Below are positions 33,664 to 43,654 of a stretch of 64,000 bases of DNA, piece after piece. The stretch covers positions 32,001 to 96,000 of the forward strand of contig JBGSZS010000011.1 of assembly GCA_041750285.1 (NCBI GenBank). The letters run 5' to 3'. Source of the DNA: Candidatus Fermentibacteraceae bacterium (lineage in GTDB: Bacteria; Fermentibacterota; Fermentibacteria; Fermentibacterales; JCC-6). A model generated the notes under the pieces. It ran no database searches and was not told the origin of the DNA. It saw nothing but the letters and a program-made list of their open reading frames with translations. The number at the start of each line of letters is the position of its first letter. The first letter of the stretch is position 1. A program made the translations under genes and the position numbers.

Positions 33664-35424
33664 CTAGCGCAGCAGCGTGAGCCTTGAAACCGCGGCGCCC
33701 GAGGGGCCTGAAACCCTCACGAAATAGAGGCCGTTGGCGAGGTTGCCGGGAATGTTCCACATGAAGTTGTGGGAACCCGGGTTGATGTCGCCGTTGTGTA
33801 CCGAGGCCACTGCACGACCCGCGACGTCGTAGACGTTGAGGGATACGGTCTGGGCCGCGGGGACGTAGAGGGAGAAGGAGGCGTGGGAAACGGCAGGGTT
33901 GGGGGAAACGCCGGAGAGGAACATGGTCGATGGGTCGACCGCGGCGCCGCTGGCCTCTTCGTTCCCAACCATCTCAAGGGCGGCCAGGACTGCCTGATAG
34001 ATGTCAACACGGCCTGCGCCGTAGATGTTGTCCTTGCCCGCAGCCCCGAGGTCGACGGATGTCATCTCCAGAAGGGAGTCCATCTGGGCGTTGGTGAGGT
34101 TGGGGTTGGCATCGAGGAGGAGGGCCATGCAGCCGGCGATGTGCGGCGTTGCCATCGAGGTTCCGCTCATCGTGGTGTAGCCCGAGGGGTTGCTGTAGCT
34201 GAGGCTCACAACGTCTACGCCGGGTCCGGAGATGTCGGGGTCGATGAGGCCGATGGCCGGGGCGGTGTCGGGGTAGTCGAACCAGGGGGCGTCGTACTTC
34301 CAGGTGGAGTAACCGACGCTGGAGAAGGAAGCGATGTTGTCATTGCTGTCGGTGGCGCCAACGGTTACAACGGCCGAAAGACCGCCGGTCGTTGTCTGGT
34401 CGGGGTGAAGCCATGGGGGAGGGCAGTCGCCGGGGGTGCGGATGTCGCCCGGGTAGGAGGGATTTCCGCCCTCGTTACCGGCGGCGATGGCATGGTGAAC
34501 ACCTGCTGCAAGGCTGTTCTCGACTACTTCCCGCCACTCCTGACGGTTCGGATTCTGGCTCTGGGGCCAGCCGAAGGATGAAGAGACTACGCTTGCGCCA
34601 TGCTCGACGGCGAACTCGTAGGCATCCCAGCACTGCTGTTCGGTGGAGAACGTCATGGCGGTCTTGAGCGCCATGATGGTAGCCTCGGGTGCAACGCCGG
34701 TCTGGGTGCCGGAGGTGCCGTCACCCGCAACCGTGCCGGCCGTGTGGGTGCCGTGACCGCTTGTGTCCATGGGGTCGCCGGTGCCGCTTGCGAAGTTCCA
34801 GCCGTAGTGGTAACCGGCGGCGGTGTCGTGCCACATCTGGTTGTGGATGTCGTTGTGGTTGTAGTTGACACCCGTGTCGACGACGGCGACGATGATGCCT
34901 TCGCCTTCGTAACCGAGGGCCCAGACGTCGGGGGCGTTTATCTTCTCAAGACCCCAGGTGGTGGCGAGCCTGACCTCTTCGGGAGTTGGTTCCCTGACGT
35001 CGACCGGTTCGATGCTGATGTCGGTGTAGGTGACCAGGGAGATGTATTCAACATCACCCCGAAGGGAGAGCTGCCTGATCGCCTGCGGTGTTGCGTGGCA
35101 TCCTATGGCATTGACTATCCAGCTCTGGTGAACCTCTGTGACTGCTCCGCCGGGAAAGTCGGCCATGGCTTCCACTATCGGCTGCTGAGCCTGGGTGGCG
35201 AAGGCCTTGAGCACGCTGACGGCGAGCTCCCGTCTCTGGTCGGGCGTCATGTTGGAGGCAACGCTGTTTATGTAGTCGAGGTCTGCGCGTCCAACCGGCA
35301 TTACAAGCACGGGGATGAGCCGGTCGGGGGCCGACAGGGCCATCTCCAGTTGAAGCTGCTCGCTGATGACACCGGCGAAGCCGGAGGCAGCGATGAGAAG
35401 AACTAGAAGCAAGGGGGTTTTCAT
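33664..35424 (-). CDS. Secreted subtilisin-like S8 serine peptidase with T9SS-type C-terminal domain
   Basis: VAVVDTG, HGTHTAGT, AAGNEG and SGTSMATPH triad motifs; tail SPNP...VYDVAGR...GLYFVRV...RLTLLR; ATG at 35424 after GAAAGGA. Confidence 0.95.
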   Translation of the reverse strand: MKTPLLLVLLIAASGFAGVISEQLQLEMALSAPDRLIPVLVMPVGRADLDYINSVASNMTPDQRRELAVSVLKAFATQAQQPIVEAMADFPGGAVTEVHQSWIVNAIGCHATPQAIRQLSLRGDVEYISLVTYTDISIEPVDVREPTPEEVRLATTWGLEKINAPDVWALGYEGEGIIVAVVDTGVNYNHNDIHNQMWHDTAAGYHYGWNFASGTGDPMDTSGHGTHTAGTVAGDGTSGTQTGVAPEATIMALKTAMTFSTEQQCWDAYEFAVEHGASVVSSSFGWPQSQNPNRQEWREVVENSLAAGVHHAIAAGNEGGNPSYPGDIRTPGDCPPPWLHPDQTTTGGLSAVVTVGATDSNDNIASFSSVGYSTWKYDAPWFDYPDTAPAIGLIDPDISGPGVDVVSLSYSNPSGYTTMSGTSMATPHIAGCMALLLDANPNLTNAQMDSLLEMTSVDLGAAGKDNIYGAGRVDIYQAVLAALEMVGNEEASGAAVDPSTMFLSGVSPNPAVSHASFSLYVPAAQTVSLNVYDVAGRAVASVHNGDINPGSHNFMWNIPGNLANGLYFVRVSGPSGAAVSRLTLLR

Positions 35425-35519
35425 ACCGTTCCTTTCAGTGTTGGGAAAAGGGAACAACAACATACGAAAAATATAATGAATTCCGCGGGAAAAAAACGGG
35501 GTCGGTGAAGAAGGACATG

Positions 35520-35954
35520 TCAGGGAAGGATCCTGACTGCGGATACGAATCGTCTGACGTAGTTGGACTGGTCTATCGGGGTTACCGTGACCCCGATGTT
35601 CCTGTAGGAAGAGGAATGGACGAAGTTGCCGTTGCCGATGTAAATGCCCACATGACCGGGATTCTGGAAAATGAGAAGGTCGCCGGGAAGGATGCTGTCG
35701 CGGGGGACCTCGGTTCCCGCCGATGCCATGGCACCCGCCGTGCGGGGGAGGGTGACGCCGTTGTCACCGAATACCCTGTACACAAGACCGCTGCAGTCGA
35801 AACCCGACGAATCGGTTCCGCCCCATACGTAGGGAGTGCCAACGTGTGAGAGGGCATCGGATACGATGGCGTCGGCGAGGTCGACACGAGGAAGCGAATC
35901 GGAGGCTGTTGCAGCAGCGAGAACCATGGCGGCCAATAATGCGCAGAAAGGCAT
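35520..35954 (-). CDS. NlpC/P60 (C40) cell-wall peptidase
   Basis: GTPYVWGG...GFDCSGLV, PGDLLIF and HVGIYIG...FVHS motifs. Confidence 0.95.
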   Translation of the reverse strand: MPFCALLAAMVLAAATASDSLPRVDLADAIVSDALSHVGTPYVWGGTDSSGFDCSGLVYRVFGDNGVTLPRTAGAMASAGTEVPRDSILPGDLLIFQNPGHVGIYIGNGNFVHSSSYRNIGVTVTPIDQSNYVRRFVSAVRILP

Positions 35955-35955
35955 G

Positions 35956-36720
35956 TCAGTACTGTCCCATCTTGTTCAGGCGCATGGCCTTTCTCTCAAA
36001 GACCCTGAAAACCATAAGACCCGCGGCCAGGTAGAACAGGCTGTTGGCCGTTATAAGGATGTACCACCATGCCGGGAAATTGGTTCCATGAACGGTGTGG
36101 GAGTTCACCGTGTGGGCCCCCGCAACGAATGGAAGCAGTGCCCATCCCGTGAACGGGTAGACAGGAAGCAGCATCATCCCGATCAGGGCGAATGACAGGA
36201 TCCCGTAGACCGAGCCGATCCTCTTGTGGATCAGACCGATGCCGCCAAGCATGAACGATATCCCGACGAGCGAGAGAATACTGAGGAGGAGAACGCCATA
36301 GAAGAATGGGAAATCCACCGTCAGCATCCTGCCCGTCGTGAGCATGGAGAGGAAAAGCATTATCGTGACGAAGATGTAGTTGAACAGGATGCCGTTGAGA
36401 ATCCTGAACAGAAAGATCATGTCCGCCCCCAGGGGTGACAGGTAGAGCTGCTCGAGCGTGCCTGTCTGGGATTCATTCATGACCTCCCCGCCCGTGGCCT
36501 GTATTGACATCATCGCCATCAGCCAGAGCACATAGCCCACCACCATTGAATCGAGGGAGTCGCCTGAGACGCTTCCGCCGGCGATGGCCCTCACCCCCCA
36601 GAACATTCCGAGGAATACAAGGTACATCACCAGCACCAGGGCGCCTGTGTTGAAGAAATATCTTTTCAGACCCCACCCCATGAGCCTCAGCTCGGCAACG
36701 GCAAGGGTCAGCATCCGCAT
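35956..36720 (-). CDS. ABC-2 type exporter permease
   Basis: About six TM helices, E.QTGTLEQLYLSP motif; start MRMLTLAVAE at 36720. Confidence 0.88.
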   Translation of the reverse strand: MRMLTLAVAELRLMGWGLKRYFFNTGALVLVMYLVFLGMFWGVRAIAGGSVSGDSLDSMVVGYVLWLMAMMSIQATGGEVMNESQTGTLEQLYLSPLGADMIFLFRILNGILFNYIFVTIMLFLSMLTTGRMLTVDFPFFYGVLLLSILSLVGISFMLGGIGLIHKRIGSVYGILSFALIGMMLLPVYPFTGWALLPFVAGAHTVNSHTVHGTNFPAWWYILITANSLFYLAAGLMVFRVFERKAMRLNKMGQY

Positions 36721-37667
36721 CAGGGCTCCCTCCGGATCATCTGCAGAAAGATGTCCTCGAGATCGTTCCCGCTGGTGCTGAAATCCTTCACGACCGATCC
36801 GCCCCCGCGAAGGATATCCATCAGATCCATGATGCTGCCGGGCTGGTGCAGCCTTATCCTCAGCCTGCACGAGCCGTCATCGCATACTGTCTGACACGGT
36901 CCCAGAGCTTCGGCAGCCTCGGTCTGCGCCTGTGTCAGGGGCGCCTCAAGGACAACCTCGACGGTTTTCTCAGAGAATCGAGCCTTCAGGCTCTGAAGGG
37001 TTTCATCGGAAATGATCCGGCCCGATCTGATGATAAGCACCCTGTCGCACAGGGATTCGATGAAGCCCATGTCGTGCGAGGTCACCAGGATGGTCTTGCC
37101 GTGCTCCCCGACAAGCGATCTGATCCAGTTGCGCATGGAGAGGGCGATCTCAACGTCGAGCCCCATCGTCGGTTCGTCGAGGAACAGGACTTCGGGATCG
37201 TGCACGAAGGCGCATGCCATTGCGACCTTTTGTTTCATTCCGCTGGAGAACTGCCTCACCTCCTTGTTGCGAACTTCCCAGAGCTCGAGCTTCCTGAGGA
37301 GGTGTTCGATCATGGGGGTCGCCCGCCTGGCGGAAATTCCCCTGATCCCGGCGAAGTACAGGAGGTTCTCGCGGGGGGAGAGGTACCAGTAGATGTTCCT
37401 TGCTCCCTCGAGCACTGCGCCGGCACTTTCGAGAACGCGCTTCCTGTTTTTGGCGACGGAAAGGCCGTTCACGAGTATCTCGCCGCTGTCATGGCTTACG
37501 AGGCCGAGGATGGATTTGAGGGTTGTTGTCTTTCCCGAGCCGTTAGGGCCCAGGATTCCCAGTATCTCACCCTTTCGGGCCTGAAATGAGAGGCCGTCGA
37601 CGGCTATGGTCCTGCCGTAGGTCTTCCTGAGGTTTTCGACATGAATCAGAACGCCGGGGTCGGTCAT
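36720..37667 (-). CDS. ABC exporter ATP-binding protein
   Basis: GPNGSGKTT, FSSGMKQK, LDEPT.GLD and TSHD motifs; ATG at 37667. Confidence 0.93.
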   Translation of the reverse strand: MTDPGVLIHVENLRKTYGRTIAVDGLSFQARKGEILGILGPNGSGKTTTLKSILGLVSHDSGEILVNGLSVAKNRKRVLESAGAVLEGARNIYWYLSPRENLLYFAGIRGISARRATPMIEHLLRKLELWEVRNKEVRQFSSGMKQKVAMACAFVHDPEVLFLDEPTMGLDVEIALSMRNWIRSLVGEHGKTILVTSHDMGFIESLCDRVLIIRSGRIISDETLQSLKARFSEKTVEVVLEAPLTQAQTEAAEALGPCQTVCDDGSCRLRIRLHQPGSIMDLMDILRGGGSVVKDFSTSGNDLEDIFLQMIRREP

Positions 37668-37682
37668 GACCTGTCCAAATGG

Positions 37683-37712
37683 AAAAGGGGGGCGGAAACG
37701 AGTTCCGCCCCC
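37683..37712 (-). terminator. Rho-independent terminator
   Basis: Minus strand GGGGGGCGGAA...TTCCGCCCCCC followed by TTTT. Confidence 0.8.
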
Positions 37713-37722
37713 CGCAGCAGGA

Positions 37723-38556
37723 TTAGAAGGAGCTCTTGATGTTTGCCCAGGTGGAGGGGGAGAGGGACTGGGGGTCCCAGTCGATGTCGAGAACGTAGAG
37801 GAAGGAGTTCTGGGGGTAGACGTAGAGGTATTCGCCGTCGTAGTCGATACCGCCGTTGACTTCGGCCTCTTCGGTGAAGGTGGCGGACCACACCGGTGTG
37901 GGATTGGGTGAGCCGTCAGGGTTGATGTAGTGGATGAAGATATTGTCTTCGTCGGCAAGGCCGCAGGCAACGAACAGGTAGTCGCCCCAGACCGCGAGGC
38001 CGTAGACGGATGTGTAGGGGATCTCGGTCCAGCCGCTGATGCTTGTTTCTGTTCCGGTGTAGGGGCCCCAGGCGAGGACATCTTCGTTGGGGGAACCGAC
38101 ATACACCTGACCCTTGCCGGCACCGATCCCGAAGAGGTTGGTATATCCGGCAGGACCGGCGATGTTGGCCACGTGCGACCCGTTCTCGGCAAAAACGGCG
38201 AACATGCTGGTGCCGTAATCGGTCATGAACCAGCGGTTGCCGGTGCCGTACTCGCAGTAGGCCTGATCGTCGGGGTCGACGCCTTCGGTGATCTCCCAGG
38301 AACCTTCGGGGGCGCCGGTGACCATGTCGAACTCGTAGTTCACCAGGTCGCTCCAGTTGAGTATCCAGATGCTGTTGGGAACGTTGTCCTGGATGGCAAG
38401 GCCGTAGGAGGCGCTGAGGCCGCCTATGAGGGTGCTTACGACGGTGTAGCTTCCCCTGTTGTAGCTGGGATTCTCGGAATGGCTCGGGCCTCCCGTTCTG
38501 ACAGAGGCGAACGCGCTGACGGTAAGGCAGACAAGTAACACGGCAAGAATTCTCAT
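37723..38556 (-). CDS. Secreted acidic protein (beta-propeller-like) with C-terminal TWxxIK tail
   Basis: GGAGAGG RBS, signal peptide ending SAFA, repeated YGLA/GID-type strands; ends SLSPSTWANIKSSF. Confidence 0.85.
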   Translation of the reverse strand: MRILAVLLVCLTVSAFASVRTGGPSHSENPSYNRGSYTVVSTLIGGLSASYGLAIQDNVPNSIWILNWSDLVNYEFDMVTGAPEGSWEITEGVDPDDQAYCEYGTGNRWFMTDYGTSMFAVFAENGSHVANIAGPAGYTNLFGIGAGKGQVYVGSPNEDVLAWGPYTGTETSISGWTEIPYTSVYGLAVWGDYLFVACGLADEDNIFIHYINPDGSPNPTPVWSATFTEEAEVNGGIDYDGEYLYVYPQNSFLYVLDIDWDPQSLSPSTWANIKSSF

Positions 38557-38688
38557 GATCCTCTCCATTCATTTCTGAGTGCAGGCTTCAATCTAATATT
38601 TCATTCGGGCTGTTCTGTCAATAAGCTGTCCATCACATCCCGGCCTTCGCTGCGGCTATATTCATCGCAATGACGGGGGAGGTCTTCA

Positions 38689-39282
38689 ATGAAAAGGGCG
38701 GTTGGCATTTTGCTCATCGTTGTCCCTATTGCGTTTGCCTTCAGGGGCGGTTCGGTTCCCGAAGCACGATATGACGGCTCGGCGGGTTCGGTCTGGCTTG
38801 ACCGATTTCTTGCCTGTGATGGGATGTCGTACTCAGCCTTTCTGTCCGAGCTTGAGCTTTTCGAGGCCGAAACGGGCAGGGGCTGGGGCCGGCGGCCTTC
38901 CACATGGCGATGGGCGCCCCGCATGAGGGAGTGGGAACGCATCGCTCCCGAAATGGAGGGGCTGGCGGATCTTCTTGGAAGGCTTGACCTCGAGTGGTCA
39001 CAGCACGCCTACCTCGATGCCCTGACGGCGTATGTCGACTACTACAGGTTCAGCATGAGGTCAACGTACGGACTGGAAGACAGCCGGACAAGGTTCTTCG
39101 AGAGCTTTGCCGGGGACGGTCCGCTTCAATTGGGCAACCCGCCCGAAGCGGACTGCGAATCCCTTGACCTTGTCGCCCGGGCGGTGGGGGAGATCAGGGC
39201 AATGCTCAGCCCCGAACAGATGGAGAGCGCTGCAGAGCTTGTCTCCTCGGGATGCCGTTCGTTCAGACCGTATCGGTACTGA
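38689..39282 (+). CDS. Hypothetical exported protein
   Basis: GGAGG RBS, signal peptide MKRAVGILLIVVPIAFA. Confidence 0.7.
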   Translation: MKRAVGILLIVVPIAFAFRGGSVPEARYDGSAGSVWLDRFLACDGMSYSAFLSELELFEAETGRGWGRRPSTWRWAPRMREWERIAPEMEGLADLLGRLDLEWSQHAYLDALTAYVDYYRFSMRSTYGLEDSRTRFFESFAGDGPLQLGNPPEADCESLDLVARAVGEIRAMLSPEQMESAAELVSSGCRSFRPYRY

Positions 39283-39829
39283 GCCTTCCGTAGACCAGGA
39301 CATTCCGGGGGGAACCGCGAAGCACGAATGATTCACGCAGTTTGCCCTCGAGGGTGAAACCCATCCTTTCGAGAAGCCTCTCCGACCTTGTATTGCCTTC
39401 GATGACACGCGCCTCAACCCTGTGCAGGTTCATGGTTCCGAAAGCGTAGGTCAGAACTGCGCCGAGGGCCTCGGTCATGTAACCCCTGCAAACAAAGCTT
39501 CTGTCGAGATCGAAGGCCGCTTCCGCAAGCAGATCATGAAAACTGAACTCCTGCAGTGACACGCTTCCCGCGTAATCGCCGGTTGCCTTCTCACGTATCG
39601 CCCAGTTCAGGGAAACACCCCGTTCATGACCGTTGATGTACTCGTCCAGAACGCCCTCGAGACAATCGGGTCCGTCTGCTGGATCGGTCACGAACTCGAC
39701 CGTGAGGGGGTCGGAAAGGCAGCGGAAAATGCTTTCGAGATCGGTGCTCCTGAATGCGCCAAGCACCAGCCGGGTTGTTTCCAGAACGGGAAAGCGCCCG
39801 GGCCAGAGAACCTCGGGGTGTGGGTTCAA
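39263..39829 (-). CDS. GNAT N-acetyltransferase (RimJ/RimL family)
   Basis: LETTRLVL, RGYMTEAL, LHRVEA and N..S.RLLERMGF..EG motifs. Confidence 0.92.
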   Translation of the reverse strand: MNPHPEVLWPGRFPVLETTRLVLGAFRSTDLESIFRCLSDPLTVEFVTDPADGPDCLEGVLDEYINGHERGVSLNWAIREKATGDYAGSVSLQEFSFHDLLAEAAFDLDRSFVCRGYMTEALGAVLTYAFGTMNLHRVEARVIEGNTRSERLLERMGFTLEGKLRESFVLRGSPRNVLVYGRLSTDTV

Positions 39830-40324
39830 CTACTCTTTTCCGGGGTGGATCAGCATCGCCTTCCTGAACTCCACCGTGTTCTTCTTCAGTTCCCGGTTCA
39901 TCACGGCGAGGGTCGTGAAGGTCTGGTCGGTGAATTGAAGCCTCTTTACGAGAACCCTCATGAAACCCATCAGGAACCTGGCCGCAAGCTTCGGCTTCTC
40001 ATCCATCAGCTTCTGGAAGCGGTCGAAGCTCATTCGGTGAAGTATGGAATCCTCGTTGGCTATCACCGTGGCGGAACGGGGGGAACCGTCGATGAAGCTC
40101 ATCTCGCCGAACACGTCGCCCTCGGCGAAGATTGCCAGGGGAACGACGTCCTCGTCCCAGCTGTCCGCCGCGGTGGCAGAACCGCTTTTGATGACGAACA
40201 GGTCACGGCTTGCATCGTCCTTGAGAATGATGGGGGAATCCTTGCGGTAAAGCTCGCTGTCGCAGCATGCGAGGAACTCTTCCTTCTCGTCGGCGGTAAG
40301 GTGTTCAAAGAACAGGTTTGGCAT
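39830..40324 (-). CDS. Cyclic nucleotide-binding domain protein
   Basis: LFVIKSG, GDVFGEMSFIDGSPRSATV phosphate-binding cassette; ATG at 40324. Confidence 0.9.
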   Translation of the reverse strand: MPNLFFEHLTADEKEEFLACCDSELYRKDSPIILKDDASRDLFVIKSGSATAADSWDEDVVPLAIFAEGDVFGEMSFIDGSPRSATVIANEDSILHRMSFDRFQKLMDEKPKLAARFLMGFMRVLVKRLQFTDQTFTTLAVMNRELKKNTVEFRKAMLIHPGKE

Positions 40325-40381
40325 ATTCCTTTTCCTTTCCGGTATGTTTTCACAGAGCCTATTGTAATGGAAAGGATGACC

Positions 40382-41503
40382 ATGGAAAAGAGACTGGTTC
40401 CTCTCCTTCCCCTGGCGCTTCTCGCGCTTGTTTCCTGCGGGGAGCGGCAGGATGGTGACTCCGGAGCACCGGAGGACGGGCGGCAACCCGTGATCGTGGT
40501 TACCGACACCATTGGCGTCGAGACGGGTGACGAGAGGCTTACCTTCGGTTTCATCACCGGGACCGGGATGACCCCCAATGGTGATGTTGCAGTGCTGGAC
40601 GCACAGAAGGCAACCCTTCAGGTCTTCTCTCCCGAAGGTGAAGAGCTGCTTTCGATGGGGGGGTTCGGCCCGGGTCCGGGCGAGTTTCAGTTCCCGATGG
40701 CCATGGCGGTGCTTCAAGACGGGTACGCCGTTTCCGACCTCATGGGGGGCAAGATCGTGTTCTTCGATGAAAACGGCGTTTTCCAGAGGGAACTGACCGG
40801 TTTCTTCCCAACACCTCCAATGAGCATAGTCGCCTCGACACCGGGAGGAGTGGCGGGGGTCTCAATGAAGGTCGAGGCAGGAGGCGACGGCGCTCCCAGT
40901 GCATCGATGATCCTGGCTTCGTGGCGCGACTCGCCTGAACCCTCCATTTTGTTTCATTCGATCCCCGTTCCGATGGATGGCGGAAGGATCATGTCCAGAC
41001 CCGAGTTCGAAGTATCGCCAGGTCCCGGCGGTTCGGTCTTTTTTGCCGAAGAATCGGACTCGCTCCTTCTGGTCCTCGGTTTTTCGCCTGAAGGCGAAAC
41101 GATCTTCTCTGTCAGTGAACCCTTCGAGAGGACACCCAAATCCGAAGAGGAGCTTGCGGAGGAGTCCCTCAGCATTTCGCTGCGGATAACCAACGGAGAG
41201 TCCACCCTCGATCGAACACGGAGCAGGGACGAACACCCCTACAGAACCGTTGTGACCGGAATAGGCGTCGATTCACTGGGCAGGGTCTGGCTGGAGATGG
41301 GGAACACCGGCCAGCCTTTCTTCAGGGTCTATTCACCCGATGGCGGCAGCTTTGCCACCGTGGTTCCCGAAAACCCGGAAGGGCTTTCGAGGGCCGACTA
41401 CAGCATCACCCCATACGGCGCCGTCGCCGGTGAGCCCGACCCCCTGGACTGGCCCAAGGTCTATCTTCTTTCCATACCCACAGGAAACGAGGTTGAGCAA
41501 TGA
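40382..41503 (+). CDS. 6-bladed beta-propeller (NHL-like) lipoprotein
   Basis: Lipobox LVSC, G.GPGEFQFP and VDSLGRVW motifs. Confidence 0.8.
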   Translation: MEKRLVPLLPLALLALVSCGERQDGDSGAPEDGRQPVIVVTDTIGVETGDERLTFGFITGTGMTPNGDVAVLDAQKATLQVFSPEGEELLSMGGFGPGPGEFQFPMAMAVLQDGYAVSDLMGGKIVFFDENGVFQRELTGFFPTPPMSIVASTPGGVAGVSMKVEAGGDGAPSASMILASWRDSPEPSILFHSIPVPMDGGRIMSRPEFEVSPGPGGSVFFAEESDSLLLVLGFSPEGETIFSVSEPFERTPKSEEELAEESLSISLRITNGESTLDRTRSRDEHPYRTVVTGIGVDSLGRVWLEMGNTGQPFFRVYSPDGGSFATVVPENPEGLSRADYSITPYGAVAGEPDPLDWPKVYLLSIPTGNEVEQ

Positions 41504-41985
41504 TCAGACCAGGAGAGCAAATCGAGCGTTTCGTGCTGAAAACCCATCTGGGAGAGGAATTCGACTCCGAGGCTCACGGTGACAAATGCCTTCTGCTTTC
41601 ATTTCACCCCCTCGCCTGGACATCCGTGTGCGCCGCTCAGATGAAGGGCCTTGAAGACAGCATGTCGTTCTTCGAGTCGCGCGGCGTGCTGCCCGTGGGC
41701 ATAAGCGTGGATGCCCACACCGCAAAGAAGCCATGGGCCGAGCACCTGGGTCTTCAGAATCTCATTCTTCTGTCAGATTTCTGGCCGCATGGCGGCCTTG
41801 CGGAGAGACTCGGTCTCTTCATCCCGGAGAAGGGCATCAGCGGAAGGGCAAACGTGCTGGTGAGCTGCGGTCCCGGGGCAAAGGTGCTCTGGGCCAGGCA
41901 GTACGACATTCCCCAGCTTCCCGACATCGAAGAGGTCAGGGCGGCAGTTGACACCTGCTGCGGAGGGTGTTGTTCTTGCCGGTGA
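41500..41985 (+). CDS. Peroxiredoxin (AhpC/TSA, AhpE-like)
   Basis: FHPLAWTSVC (PxxxTxxC), GISVD and LLSDFWPHG motifs. Confidence 0.9.
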   Translation: MIRPGEQIERFVLKTHLGEEFDSEAHGDKCLLLSFHPLAWTSVCAAQMKGLEDSMSFFESRGVLPVGISVDAHTAKKPWAEHLGLQNLILLSDFWPHGGLAERLGLFIPEKGISGRANVLVSCGPGAKVLWARQYDIPQLPDIEEVRAAVDTCCGGCCSCR

Positions 41986-42647
41986 CCTTTTTCGGATCGG
42001 TGATCTTCGATCTTGACGGAACACTTCTCGACAGCATGCCCGACATCATGAGGGTGGGCAATGAACTCATGCGCAGGAACGGACTCGCCCCGCGCTCACG
42101 GGATGACTTCAGGGCTGCCGTGGGCATGGGCCTCGAGGAACTTTACCGTCGCATCCTCGGCCCGGACGCGCCAGCCCGCCTTGTCGAGCGGATGGCGTCC
42201 GAGGCCGGGGAGGCCCACGAGAAAGTTGCAGAGAGCACCGCAGCGCCCTACCCGGGCATTCCCGGGCTTCTTCTGCAGCTTGCTGAATGCGGAGTTCGAA
42301 TGGGCGTGCTTTCGAACAAGCCCCATGGGGCGGTTACCGGAAGTCTCGAACGCTTCTTCCCCGGGACGCGGTTCGAGGCGGTGAGGGGTGCGCTTCCCGG
42401 CAGACCGGTCAAGCCGGGAAGGGAGACCGTCCTTGCCATGCTGGCTGGGATGGGCGTCAAGCCCGGTGATACAGCAATGGTGGGCGACGGCGAACCCGAC
42501 ATGCGGGTGGCAGTGGCCGCCCGTATGATTCCCGTAGGTTGCACATGGGGATTCACGCCTGCCTTCAGGCTGAAGGAGCTTGGAGCAAGGTATCTCGCGG
42601 ATGATCCGGAAGAGCTCGGGAGGATAATCAGGACGGGGAAGAAATGA
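41982..42647 (+). CDS. HAD-family hydrolase (phosphoglycolate phosphatase-like)
   Basis: FDLDGTLLDS, LSNK, KP, MVGD and WGF motifs. Confidence 0.92.
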   Translation: MTFFGSVIFDLDGTLLDSMPDIMRVGNELMRRNGLAPRSRDDFRAAVGMGLEELYRRILGPDAPARLVERMASEAGEAHEKVAESTAAPYPGIPGLLLQLAECGVRMGVLSNKPHGAVTGSLERFFPGTRFEAVRGALPGRPVKPGRETVLAMLAGMGVKPGDTAMVGDGEPDMRVAVAARMIPVGCTWGFTPAFRLKELGARYLADDPEELGRIIRTGKK

Positions 42648-43551
42648 CCCTGAGGATCGGCCCCGTATCGAACTCAAGTCTTTCGGGTACCTTCTGAAAG
42701 GTCTGGAACTCGCCGTCGAGTTCAAGAAGAACATCCCCATCGGGAATCACGGAGAAAGTGGCCGCCCTTGCACCGATGGCCTGTTTCATGTCCATAAGGC
42801 TCCCGTTGAAGATCCTTCCGATGTTTGCGGCTATCGTTGCGAACCGCACCGGGGCTATCCGTACCGCGTCAAGCAGCCCGTCGTCGATCACCGCTCCCGG
42901 GGAGAGGCTCATGCCGCCTCCGCTGAACCTTCCCACACCAATCGTCAGGGAGAAGTAGCGACCGGAGTGAAAGGCCTTTCCGTCGGCGAGTACAGTTGCG
43001 CTGAACCCGGGGGGATGCAGTGCGGCAACGAAAAGTGAAACAAGGTAGCCACTTTTCTTGAGGGGCAGCAGCTTTCTCAGTGCAAGGGTCCTTTTCAGCA
43101 CGAAAGCATCGAAACCGAGCCCCGCTGAGTTCATGAACGGTTTTCGAACGCCGTCAACCGTGCATACGCCGGTATCTACGGCCCTGATGAAACCCTGCTT
43201 CAGCAGCCTGACGGCTTCGGCCCTGTCCTGCGGGATGCCAAGGCTTCTTATCCAGTCGTTCCCGCTGCCGGCTGGTATATGGCAGAGAACCGGAGGTGTC
43301 TCGATGGATGAGAGGACGGATCCAACAGATGAGAGTGTTCCGTCGCCGCCGAAAACTGCAACACCGCCAAAGCCTTCAGCAATAGCCTGCTGTGAAAGGG
43401 CAGAAGTGGTGGAGGGGTGACTCGTGAAGGCATGCGAAAAATCGAGTCCCGCAGTTTCAAGCAGGTGCTGAGTTTCGGGCCAGGCCCCCGCTGCAGCACC
43501 GCCTGAAGCCGCGGGGTTCACAATGATGAACCATCTCCCGTGGTATTCCAT
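42628..43551 (-). CDS. Diacylglycerol/lipid kinase family protein (YegS/DgkB)
   Basis: IVNPAA, GGDGT, IPAGSGND, GLGFDA and DGLLD motifs; ATG at 43551. Confidence 0.92.
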   Translation of the reverse strand: MEYHGRWFIIVNPAASGGAAAGAWPETQHLLETAGLDFSHAFTSHPSTTSALSQQAIAEGFGGVAVFGGDGTLSSVGSVLSSIETPPVLCHIPAGSGNDWIRSLGIPQDRAEAVRLLKQGFIRAVDTGVCTVDGVRKPFMNSAGLGFDAFVLKRTLALRKLLPLKKSGYLVSLFVAALHPPGFSATVLADGKAFHSGRYFSLTIGVGRFSGGGMSLSPGAVIDDGLLDAVRIAPVRFATIAANIGRIFNGSLMDMKQAIGARAATFSVIPDGDVLLELDGEFQTFQKVPERLEFDTGPILRVISSPS

Positions 43552-43579
43552 GCCGGGAATATGAACAGGAAACAACGGG

Positions 43580-43607
43580 TTGACGAAACCTTCCCAGTGT
43601 GTAGAAT
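43580..43607 (+). promoter_or_regulatory. Putative promoter of the rex-hyd operon
   Basis: TTGACG-16 nt-TAGAAT. Confidence 0.6.
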
Positions 43608-43614
43608 ATGAGTG

Positions 43615-43632
43615 TTGTGAAATTGGTAACAG
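43615..43632 (+). promoter_or_regulatory. Putative Rex operator 1
   Basis: TTGTGAAATTGGTAACAG compared with the Rex consensus TTGTGAA-N4-TTCACAA; lies at the predicted transcription start. Confidence 0.65.
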
Positions 43633-43654
43633 CGTTACGGAAAAAACAATGACT

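Noticed and set aside
35956..38556. The ABC-2 exporter as the dedicated transporter of the adjacent TW-tail protein
   Set aside because: A strong terminator separates them, the protein has a Sec signal, and the other two TW-tail genes have no such neighbour
39626..40381. 625-aa version of the beta-propeller ORF
   Set aside because: The extension overlaps the GNAT and cNMP genes on the opposite strand; the lipoprotein signal starts at about 40382
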